Source of the DNA: an uncultured bacterium
GTDB lineage: Bacteria; Patescibacteriota; Gracilibacteria; UBA1369; PNNO01
DNA: 32,000 nucleotides
NCBI GenBank assembly: GCA_963704705.1
Contig: OY969931.1
Coordinates: forward strand, 960,001-992,000
Reading direction: 5' to 3'
Position numbers and translations under genes: made by a program. Below, one piece after another: positions 24,693 through 32,000 of the stretch (the first letter of the stretch is position 1; each line of letters starts with the position of its first letter). Under the pieces are notes generated by a model. That model was given only the letters and a program-made list of their open reading frames with translations. It was not told the DNA's origin and made no database searches.

Positions 24693-26670
24693 AAGCGCAG
24701 TAGTCGGAAACGGAAGTATGTTAGTTACATTTGATGATAATCTTCTTATCAGGGATTTATACTTCCCTCATGTGGGTCTTGAAGATCACACTTCATATCA
24801 GCATTTCCACAGATTCGGAATTTATGAAAACAATGAACTAAGCTGGCTTTATAACGGAGAATGGAAAAGTGAAGTCGGCTATATAAAAAACGCACTGACA
24901 ACACGAAGTAAAACAACAAATGAAAAATTGGGTTTGAGTTTAATTTTTAATGATTTTGTATATCCAACCAAAAACATTTTTATAAGAAAAATTGAATTAC
25001 ATAATCACAAAGATATTGATAGATACATCAAAGTCTTTGTTAATCAGGATTTTGATATGTATGGAAATAAACTTAAAGATACTGCATTAATGGATGCAGA
25101 TACACATGGAGTATTACATTATCGTCAGGAAAGATATTTTTTGGTTAACGGACAATCCAATTTCGGTGGAATTTCATCATATACAACAGGTAAAGCCGAA
25201 TATCTTGATTTTGAAGGAACATGGCGTGATGCTGAAGATGGAAAACTTGAAGAAAATCCAATTGATCAAGGCTCTGTTGATTCAACTATCGAATTTGAAA
25301 TGCATATTAAAGCCGGTGGATCCGAAGTTTTATATCTTTGGTATTGTGCAGGAAAAAACTATAAAAGAGTTAAATTTTTAAATGATTATGTTTTAAAAAA
25401 TACACCCGAACGTTTACTGGAAAATGCGATTCATTACTGGCGAAGTTGGGTAAATAAAAGTCATCAGCTTGAATCAATCGACCTTTCCGACAACACGAAA
25501 GCTTTATTTAAAAGAAGTCTGCTTACGATTAGAACCCAAATTGATAACGAAGGAGGAATTATTGCTGCAAACGATTCAGACATTATGAAATTTAATAAAG
25601 ATACCTATACATATGTTTGGCCTCGCGACGGCGCATATGTTTGTTATGCATTGGATGATGCAGGATATGGTGAAATAAGTGAACGTTTCTATAGATTTTG
25701 TGCAAAAGTAATTACAGAAGATGGATATTTATTACATAAATATAATCCTGACGGTTCATGGGGTTCTTCATGGCATCCATGGATAGATAAAAATGGGGAA
25801 AAGATTTTACCAATACAGGAAGATGAAACAGCGCTTGTGCTTAGATCTATCTGGCACAATTATCAAAAATATCAGGATATTGAATTTTTACAGGAGATAT
25901 ATAATTCATTTGTTTTTAAAGCAGCCGGCTTTTTAATTAAATTTATTGATAGAAAAACAGGTCTACCTAAGCCAAGTTATGATTTATGGGAAGAAAAAAG
26001 AAGTACCTTTGCATATACGGTTGCATCCACATATAGCGGATTAATTGCTGCAATTAATATTGCTGAAACATTGGGAAGACATGCAAAAGTACCTCAATAT
26101 AAAAGAGCTGCAAAAAAAATTAAAAGTGTTTTTGATACTTATTTTTATGATGAACAACTGAATAGATATATTAAAAGTGTTGATATTGAAGATGGTAAAA
26201 TTATTAATCGGGATATAACAATTGACGCAAGTATACTTTCTTTATCATTTCTTGAATTAATCGATCATGATGATCCAAAAATGGCTAACACCGTTAAAGC
26301 ATTACATGACGCTTTATGGGTAAATACTGATATTGGCGGCATTGCCAGATATCAAAATGATAATTATCAAAGGCCACCGGATACACAGGGTGTACCGGGA
26401 AATCCATGGATTATAACAACTTTATGGTACGCTGATTATTTAATTGTTACTGCTAAAGATTCCACTGACCTTCATAAAGCAAAAGAATTAATTGAATGGG
26501 CAGCAAGTCATGCTAATAAAGCCGGAATGTTGCCTGAACAAATTCATCCATATACAGGAGAACACCTTTCAGTGTCACCCTTAACATGGAGTCACGCAAG
26601 TTTTATTCAAACTCTAATTAATTATGATAAAAAGTGGCATGAATTTAACATACCACTTAATAAATTTTAA
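24685..26670 (+). CDS. Glycoside hydrolase family 15 (glucoamylase/glucodextranase-like, prokaryotic type with N-terminal beta-sandwich)
   Basis: YVWPRDGAY, DLWEE (catalytic acid region), LPEQI, PLTWSHA. The ATG at 24685 is preferred over the track's TTG at 24676 and overlaps the GH57 stop (ATGCCTAG). Confidence 0.9.
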   Translation: MPRSAVVGNGSMLVTFDDNLLIRDLYFPHVGLEDHTSYQHFHRFGIYENNELSWLYNGEWKSEVGYIKNALTTRSKTTNEKLGLSLIFNDFVYPTKNIFIRKIELHNHKDIDRYIKVFVNQDFDMYGNKLKDTALMDADTHGVLHYRQERYFLVNGQSNFGGISSYTTGKAEYLDFEGTWRDAEDGKLEENPIDQGSVDSTIEFEMHIKAGGSEVLYLWYCAGKNYKRVKFLNDYVLKNTPERLLENAIHYWRSWVNKSHQLESIDLSDNTKALFKRSLLTIRTQIDNEGGIIAANDSDIMKFNKDTYTYVWPRDGAYVCYALDDAGYGEISERFYRFCAKVITEDGYLLHKYNPDGSWGSSWHPWIDKNGEKILPIQEDETALVLRSIWHNYQKYQDIEFLQEIYNSFVFKAAGFLIKFIDRKTGLPKPSYDLWEEKRSTFAYTVASTYSGLIAAINIAETLGRHAKVPQYKRAAKKIKSVFDTYFYDEQLNRYIKSVDIEDGKIINRDITIDASILSLSFLELIDHDDPKMANTVKALHDALWVNTDIGGIARYQNDNYQRPPDTQGVPGNPWIITTLWYADYLIVTAKDSTDLHKAKELIEWAASHANKAGMLPEQIHPYTGEHLSVSPLTWSHASFIQTLINYDKKWHEFNIPLNKF

Positions 26671-27593
26671 TAATCAGGCGGGTAATTCATTGATCCCGGT
26701 GTAATCGAATCAGTATCAATTGAAATACTACTTAATTCATTATCATTTACATCAACTATCTTTAAAGTGTTAGTAAGAATTATAGCTTGGGCCTGTATTA
26801 AATTATAATATCCAAAATTGCCATAATCACGAGTGTCATTTACTATTGCAAAATAAGCATCGGAATTACCTTTTATTTCCAATCCACTTTTATTTGTTAA
26901 TTCCTGCTCTGTGTAATTTGCTTCGCCTGCAACCATATTTGAATCCTGACCAACTGTTGTCCAATTAATAAAATTCCCGTTGCTATCATAATTAAGTCTT
27001 ACAAGTCTTCCGCCGTTAGATGCTAAATGATTACAGTAGCCATATGTTCCATGACAGCCATAATCATTAAAATTATCAGTAGTATTAAACGATTTCAAAT
27101 ATGCAGACATTGTGCCGGCATTTCTTAATCTAAAAATCAAAACAACCTCATCTGCATCATAATTAACATCTCCATAAATACTCGGATGATGAGAATCCAA
27201 ACGTTCAAGATAAGCAAATGAAATTTTAGGAGGTGTTAGTACAGTCATTTCTTGTTTTAAAGGTGCAATCTCCAAAGGTTTCGGTTCTTCTTCTGATTTG
27301 GTTTCAGCATCCATTAAAATTGGCTCTTCTTTAATATCAACAATAGATGATTCTTTTATTGATGTGTCAGCGATGCTTTCTGTTGTTGAGGTTGTTGTTG
27401 AAACATCTTTTGTAGTACTAGTAGTACTGATAGTCGGACTTAGAAACCCTTTGAATAAAGGTGGTTCAACTAGAGTTGTTGAAACAATAAGACCAATTAC
27501 AACAACACCTATAATTGAAGAAATAATGATTATCTTTTTTTTTGGATTTTTATTTTTATTAAACGGATCCGGGGTTTTAAGAGAATTTTTCAT
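26667..27593 (-). CDS. Membrane-anchored extracytoplasmic protein with a Ser/Thr-rich linker and a C-terminal domain of unknown function
   Basis: Basic N-terminus plus TM (IIIISSIIGVVVIGLIV). TSTTKDVSTTTSTTES linker. Asn/Tyr/Gly-rich C-terminal domain of about 180 aa. I recognise no family motif. Confidence 0.65.
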   Translation of the reverse strand: MKNSLKTPDPFNKNKNPKKKIIIISSIIGVVVIGLIVSTTLVEPPLFKGFLSPTISTTSTTKDVSTTTSTTESIADTSIKESSIVDIKEEPILMDAETKSEEEPKPLEIAPLKQEMTVLTPPKISFAYLERLDSHHPSIYGDVNYDADEVVLIFRLRNAGTMSAYLKSFNTTDNFNDYGCHGTYGYCNHLASNGGRLVRLNYDSNGNFINWTTVGQDSNMVAGEANYTEQELTNKSGLEIKGNSDAYFAIVNDTRDYGNFGYYNLIQAQAIILTNTLKIVDVNDNELSSISIDTDSITPGSMNYPPDY

Positions 27594-27664
27594 ATAGATA
27601 ATATTAATAAAATTTAATTATAATTAATTATTTTAAATTTAAAAAAAATTGATTTTCATTCTTA

Positions 27665-27850
27665 CTACTTTTCTTTACACCAAAGTGGGTGAAGTAGCAT
27701 TTTGATACCCATTAAAATCAAAAATAGAGGCCACCATGTTAAAAATGTAAACTCAATTACTCCCAGTGTCCCAAGCAAAAAAAGTATACCCAAAACAAGG
27801 AGCACTAGTCCTTTGAACCAAAAGGATTGGTGGTTATGATGCATTTTCAT
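27665..27850 (-). CDS. Small two-TM membrane protein
   Basis: 61 aa. His-rich N-terminus MKMHHNH. Two hydrophobic helices (GLVLLVLGILFLLGTLGV and WWPLFLILMGIKMLL). Confidence 0.55.
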   Translation of the reverse strand: MKMHHNHQSFWFKGLVLLVLGILFLLGTLGVIEFTFLTWWPLFLILMGIKMLLHPLWCKEK

Positions 27851-27961
27851 AGTTTAAATGTTAAATTATCAACTTTTATTGTAGCACTTTTCTATTTTGT
27901 AAACAAAAATTATTAATTAAAAAAACGACTTATAAAAATCGTGGTTTTATTTGGCTCTGAT

Positions 27962-28813
27962 TTATTGCTCTAAAGTATTTTTAAGTACATCATTAATGAT
28001 TCGTCTTAATGCTCTTGCTAAGCCCTGAATATACTTTGGATTTGGTGTACCTTTTTTATCAACAAAAAATTGCCTTTGCAGTTCAAACTGAAGTGATCGT
28101 GGAATTCCGTATTTCCAATTGCCCGTATCTCTTGCTTTTTGTATATTTGGGCCTCCTCGCATAAATTCTCCACAAGTAACAACCAAAGAATCTTTATCTC
28201 TTTGTAAATAATCTTCAAAATAATTACCCATATGTTTTCGAACTGATTCAATTACTCCGGAAATCTCTTCTGCAGGAAAAGTCACACCCTCTGGATCAAC
28301 TGCAATATGCGGAGTTTTAAATTCACATCGATTTGCTATATCAAAATCAGTAATTTCATCCATTCTTTTTCTTTCTCCGGGATAATAAGCATTCAAATAT
28401 GCAATCCTTTCATTTGTATTATGTAAATCAAGATGAAATCTTAAAGGTTCTTTAGTTAAACCTGATAAAAATCTTTGATGCCAAGGTCTATGATATTTTT
28501 CAATATATAAATTCTTTTCTTCAGGAGTTAATTCTTGCCCCTTTTTATATATTTTTCTTTTTCTGAAATCCCTCTCACGGCAAACCCCAATAGGTCGTGT
28601 ATCATTTTCATCTCTATTTAAATCGACAACAAGCCTGCTGACTTCTGCACCAATTATCTGAACATCTGTATCTTTAAAAGCATGTGCTGCAATTTCATAA
28701 GTTCCAACGTCATATGCATCTCGTACCTTTTCATGTGTAAGCTGAAACCTTGTACAAAGTTCTTTAGGTACAAAATCTGACGAATGCGGGGTTGTGATTA
28801 ATACATTTGGCAT
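27962..28813 (-). CDS. N-formylglutamate amidohydrolase (FGase/HutG-like) family hydrolase
   Basis: ITTPHSSDFVP, VVDLNRD, HLDLHNT: the metal-ligand pattern of the FGase family. The ATG at 28813 (MPNVLITTPH) is preferred over the track's non-ATG start at 28882. Confidence 0.7.
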   Translation of the reverse strand: MPNVLITTPHSSDFVPKELCTRFQLTHEKVRDAYDVGTYEIAAHAFKDTDVQIIGAEVSRLVVDLNRDENDTRPIGVCRERDFRKRKIYKKGQELTPEEKNLYIEKYHRPWHQRFLSGLTKEPLRFHLDLHNTNERIAYLNAYYPGERKRMDEITDFDIANRCEFKTPHIAVDPEGVTFPAEEISGVIESVRKHMGNYFEDYLQRDKDSLVVTCGEFMRGGPNIQKARDTGNWKYGIPRSLQFELQRQFFVDKKGTPNPKYIQGLARALRRIINDVLKNTLEQ

Positions 28814-28969
28814 ATTACAAATATTCAAGTATACAAAAATAACACATTTGATAGAATGTGTCAATGTTAGACTTCTCAACACGTCACTATGAGTACTTGC
28901 TAGTCGGGTTCAGTACGTTCACGGCGCCATCAAGTAAAAACGTTCGAACTAAGAATATTATGCGCATGA

Positions 28970-29623
28970 TTATTCAAGTTCTGCCCAGACCTCTAATCTA
29001 TTCATAAAAGGCGGAGTCCATGGTGGGTTATATCCTGCTGATGAAATTTTTCCGTAAACTAAGCCATCTCTTTCCAAGTATTTTTTTAATTCAGCCTTTT
29101 TTTGTTCAAACTTTTCATCTGAATAAAATCCGCTAAATTTTAACACAGCAATTTTCTTACCTTTCACTTCTTTAATTTTAACTCTTGAATCTGTTGGTTC
29201 TGGTAAAGTTTCTAAAGTATATTTAGAGGGAAGTACAAAATATAGAGTTTGGATTTCATCATTTTCTTCAGTAACAACAGGCGCAGTCATAGCTATCTTT
29301 TCTTTTTCTTCAGTAACAACCGGTGTAGTCATTGCAATTTTCTCTTTTGGTTTATTCTCACCAAAAATATAACCAGCCACAATTGAAAATCCATTATTAG
29401 TTGCTGTTTCAAAACCTCCTTTTACCTGAGTTTCAGCTACTAAATGAGTTTCAAGCTGCCTAATTTCATATTCTTTACTTGAATCTAGAACTGTATATTT
29501 AAGTTGCTCTACACGACTACCAAAATAACCATATGCAATCCAAATTAAGAACAAAACCACTAAAATGATTGGAATTATAATTAAATAATTATGCATTTTT
29601 TTCTTCTTTTTATAAATTTTCAT
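28970..29623 (-). CDS. SOUL/HEBP-family heme-binding protein with N-terminal membrane anchor
   Basis: TM LIIIPIILVVLFLIWIAYGYF. YEIRQL, GFSIVAGYIFGEN, (K)IAMTAPV motif, YNPPWTPPFMNRLEVW C-terminus typical of SOUL proteins. Confidence 0.8.
   Translation of the reverse strand: MKIYKKKKKMHNYLIIIPIILVVLFLIWIAYGYFGSRVEQLKYTVLDSSKEYEIRQLETHLVAETQVKGGFETATNNGFSIVAGYIFGENKPKEKIAMTTPVVTEEKEKIAMTAPVVTEENDEIQTLYFVLPSKYTLETLPEPTDSRVKIKEVKGKKIAVLKFSGFYSDEKFEQKKAELKKYLERDGLVYGKISSAGYNPPWTPPFMNRLEVWAELE
29264..29347 (-). repeat. In-frame 42-bp tandem duplication inside the SOUL gene
   Basis: Encodes KEKIAMTTPVVTEE / KEKIAMTAPVVTEE. The two copies are near-identical at the nucleotide level. Confidence 0.8.
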
Positions 29624-29674
29624 AATATATATTAAAAAAACAGCTTATTAAATGCCAAGATGTTCTAATTCAAT

Positions 29675-29749
29675 TGGCTCTCGGGGCCGGGCTCGAACCG
29701 GCAACCCTTCGGTTAACAGCCGAATGCTCTACCATTGAGCTACCCGAGA
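29675..29749 (-). tRNA. tRNA-Asn (anticodon GUU), CCA encoded
   Basis: Reverse complement reads TCTCGGGTAGCTCAATGGTAGAGCATTCGGCTGTTAACCGAAGGGTTGCCGGTTCGAGCCCGGCCCCGAGAGCCA. Acceptor TCTCGGG/CCCGAGA, anticodon stem TTCGG/CCGAA with loop CTGTTAA, T-arm GCCGGTTCGAGCCCGGC. Confidence 0.9.
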
Positions 29750-29806
29750 ACGTTATTTAAAAGAACCGTCTTTAATAAGACAAGAACAACTATAAGTTAA
29801 GATTTA

Positions 29807-30994
29807 CTATTTTTCAACTAATTTTAGCTTAAAAATCTCTCTTCCCACTATTTGTCCTTTACGTGAATATAAAAGAGAACCTCTTTCTGTTGAAAGACCT
29901 TCAAAGCTCTCAATTTCATAATCATTTTCTGATAACATTTTTTTAAAATTTCTCAAAAAATAATTTTTACTTTGTTGTCCGCTATAATAGGGCAAAGCCA
30001 GAACAATATTGCCTCCCTGCCGTATGTTTCCGTTTAATGCTTTTAAAAATCCTGAAATAATTTTTTCAACTTCAGCAAAATTATTATAGATTTCTTTATC
30101 CGAGGGGAATTTAGATTGAGGCGGGCCCAAATAGACTTCCGACACAACAGCACCAGGTAAAATAGCCAGATCAATTGCCTCAATTTTCGTTGCGTCTTTA
30201 ATAAAAAGATCATAATCATAAGTAATTTCAAAATTCTTTTTTAACCATTCAAGATTCGCTTCACTATCCTTGATTGCTTTTTCACTTATATCAGACCCTA
30301 TTGCCTTATAACCCATTAATAACGCCTCCATTAATACTGTGCCGCTTCCGCAAAACGGATCATAAATAGTACAGCCAACTTCCCCTTCACAAGCAAGATT
30401 AATCATCATTTGTGCAAGTTTTGGAGGCAGCATTCCGCTTTTTGAATCACGAGCAGGACGTTCATAATCTCTAATCGAATATTTTTTAAAATTCTGAACA
30501 GCTATTGTATGACCAAGTAGATATCTATTTCCGGAAATCTTAACTATATTCAGATCAGCTTGATTTTTGTCGAGTTTTTCTTCAAAAATCACTACACTTT
30601 TAAGGTTCTCATTTGGCTTATTTAAGAAGCGTGCGCCTCTTCCCTCTTGCTTAAGTCCTTGTTTTAAAAATTTTAGAATATTTTTATGATTTTTTAAGAA
30701 TTCATTGCTAAAATTATACAAATTTAATGCAAAAACCACTTTTTGATTATCATGACTAGTCAAATGCTGTAAAAACTTATTCTCAAGCTTCTGAATACTA
30801 TCCGATTCATCAAAAAATTTAATAATTTTAATTGTTCCGCCTATTATTTCTAAAATTTTCGGCTCCAATTCATTCTCAAATTCCGCAATCCAAATCTCAT
30901 TCCCAATAATTTCACCATCCAAATTAAAAAACGATCTTAACTCGGCAACTGATAATCGCCACTGACGTCCTAATAAAAATCCATACTTATGCAT
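29807..30994 (-). CDS. Class I SAM-dependent RNA methyltransferase (UPF0020/Trm11-RlmL-like, putative N2-guanine type) with an N-terminal RNA-binding-type domain
   Basis: Motif I YDPFCGSGTVLMEA, acidic DIS, motif IV-like YLGPPQ. The ATG (MHKYGFLLGRQ) is preferred over the track's TTG at 31024. Substrate not determinable. Confidence 0.7.
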   Translation of the reverse strand: MHKYGFLLGRQWRLSVAELRSFFNLDGEIIGNEIWIAEFENELEPKILEIIGGTIKIIKFFDESDSIQKLENKFLQHLTSHDNQKVVFALNLYNFSNEFLKNHKNILKFLKQGLKQEGRGARFLNKPNENLKSVVIFEEKLDKNQADLNIVKISGNRYLLGHTIAVQNFKKYSIRDYERPARDSKSGMLPPKLAQMMINLACEGEVGCTIYDPFCGSGTVLMEALLMGYKAIGSDISEKAIKDSEANLEWLKKNFEITYDYDLFIKDATKIEAIDLAILPGAVVSEVYLGPPQSKFPSDKEIYNNFAEVEKIISGFLKALNGNIRQGGNIVLALPYYSGQQSKNYFLRNFKKMLSENDYEIESFEGLSTERGSLLYSRKGQIVGREIFKLKLVEK

Positions 30995-31248
30995 ATAAAA
31001 CCGATTACAATTACTAAAAAACAATTAACAACAATTACTATAACAGGTCTTTCAATAATTGCATCCTTAATTTTTGGATATTTTTTCGGATACTTACACC
31101 ATTTATATATATATCGCGATAATATTGAGATGGTTGGAGAAATAAATCATTGCATCAAGGCAAATTAATATAGTAAACTTGTGCACACCAGAGCCGAGCA
31201 ATGCGAGGGTCTAGCGAGCGTAAGCGAACTCATCACCAAATGAATTGC

Positions 31249-31740
31249 ATGAAAAAGCACAAACATATTCTTGTATTACTTGTTGAGAACGAACCAGGCG
31301 TTTTAAATCGTATTAGTTCTCTTATAAGAAGGCGCAGGTTTAATATTGAAAGCATCTCAGCCGGACATACCGAAAAAAAAGGCCTTACGCGCATTACTCT
31401 TGTTGTTAATGCTGAAAATACAAATGTTGAACAGGTAAGGGAGCAGCTTTATAAAATAATTCCTGTTATTAAAATCCGTGATATAACTGAGGAAAATATA
31501 TTTGCAGCTGAAGTTGTACTCGTAAAAGTAAAGGCAGATTCACAAAAACGTGCTGATGTGCAACAAATAGCTGATTTATTTAAAGCAAAAATTATACATG
31601 TTGAAAAAGATATGATAATGATGATGGTAGCGGGCGAAGAAGACAAAGTAAGTTCATTTTTGGATATGATTAAACCCTTTGGTATAGTTGAAATGGTACG
31701 AACAGGTGTAACAGCAATGAATAAGGATAAAACTTTATAA
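31249..31740 (+). CDS. ilvH: Acetolactate synthase small (regulatory) subunit-like ACT-domain protein
   Basis: HILVLLVENEPGVLNRISSLIRRRRFNIESIS..LTRITLVV aligns closely with the E. coli IlvH N-terminus ([31 protein letters not shown]). C-terminal ALS_ss_C-like VEMVRTG. Start at 31249 or 31240. The track's 31201 start is probably too long. Confidence 0.85.
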   Translation: MKKHKHILVLLVENEPGVLNRISSLIRRRRFNIESISAGHTEKKGLTRITLVVNAENTNVEQVREQLYKIIPVIKIRDITEENIFAAEVVLVKVKADSQKRADVQQIADLFKAKIIHVEKDMIMMMVAGEEDKVSSFLDMIKPFGIVEMVRTGVTAMNKDKTL

Positions 31741-31760
31741 ATAATTAACTTAAAAATACT

Positions 31761-32000
31761 ATGGCAATGTCATTGAATAAGGTTCAGTTAATCGGGAACC
31801 TCACACGCGATCCAGAGATGCGTCAAATTCCTGGAGGACAGGTTGTAGCTTCTTTCGGGCTTGCAACAAACTTATCTTGGACTGACCAATCAGGTCAAAG
31901 ACAAGACAAACCTGAATTTCACAATATTGTAGCATGGAGAAAACTTGCTGAAATTTGCGGACAATATCTAAAAAAAGGCAGTAAATGTTATATCGAAGGA
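31761..32000 (+). CDS. ssb: Single-stranded DNA-binding protein, N-terminal OB-fold (3' end beyond the window)
   Basis: Not in the ORF track because it runs off the window. Translation: [80 protein letters not shown], a classic bacterial SSB. Confidence 0.9.
   Translation, partial: MAMSLNKVQLIGNLTRDPEMRQIPGGQVVASFGLATNLSWTDQSGQRQDKPEFHNIVAWRKLAEICGQYLKKGSKCYIEG

Noticed and set aside
27880-27961. Possible terminator ACGA-n10-TCGT followed by T7 downstream of the FGase-family gene (minus strand)
   Set aside because: The stem is only 4 bp and AT-flanked, which is too weak to call. Similar weak hairpins occur by chance in this AT-rich DNA.
1-32000. Search for CRISPR arrays, transposases, integrases, prophage genes, toxin-antitoxin pairs or known defence-system signatures (nuclease, ATPase or reverse-transcriptase clusters), including next to the two tRNAs
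   Set aside because: None was seen. The only repeats are the 42-bp intragenic duplication, the Lys/Ala codon repeats and the two related terminator hairpins. The tRNA flanks carry ordinary genes and no duplicated tRNA 3' segments.
1-32000. Alternative genetic code (UGA recoded, as in some CPR lineages)
   Set aside because: All conserved genes are full-length and uninterrupted under the standard bacterial code, so no recoding is needed.

Overview
AT-rich (about 30% GC by eye), very compact bacterial window. Genes sit on both strands with tiny or overlapping intergenic gaps, and the gene starts I inspected have no Shine-Dalgarno sequences. TTGACA/TATAAT-type promoters, tRNAs with encoded CCA and bacterial-type SSB, Gmk and OmpR-family genes point to a small-genome uncultivated bacterium; a CPR/Patescibacteria-like origin is inference only. 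Order of contents: (1) a signalling block: partial histidine kinase, ODC-like PLP decarboxylase, an uncharacterised 639-aa Zn-ribbon/tandem GNAT-like protein, a polytopic GAF histidine kinase, a receiver-only regulator, an OmpR-type regulator and a degenerate Spo0B-like pseudo-kinase. (2) A three-gene operon: small acidic protein, NOX/ferric-reductase-like flavocytochrome, and a membrane-anchored cytochrome b5-PepSY protein. (3) tRNA-Gln, gmk, then a 630-bp GC-enriched, hairpin-dense non-coding region that I could not assign to any known RNA class. (4) A redox/cofactor cluster: Cys-rich peroxiredoxin, flavodoxin, two-subunit 2-oxoacid:ferredoxin oxidoreductase, pdxS/pdxT, hemerythrin-like protein, ABC exporter, GNAT, TspO. 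(5) A histone-H1-like Lys/Ala-rich protein, an unannotated small Cys-rich ORF and a DEAD-box helicase. (6) A glycosyltransferase-GH57-GH15 alpha-glucan operon. (7) A Ser/Thr-rich surface protein, an FGase-family hydrolase, a SOUL heme-binding protein, tRNA-Asn, an RNA methyltransferase, an orphan ilvH-like ACT protein and the start of ssb. I found no CRISPR array, transposase, integrase or recognisable defence system. The best candidates for something undescribed are the large structured RNA-like region at 10917-11548, the decarboxylase plus tandem-GNAT pair embedded between kinases, and the NOX-like/cyt b5-PepSY operon. Hand-derived coordinates may be off by 1-2 nt.
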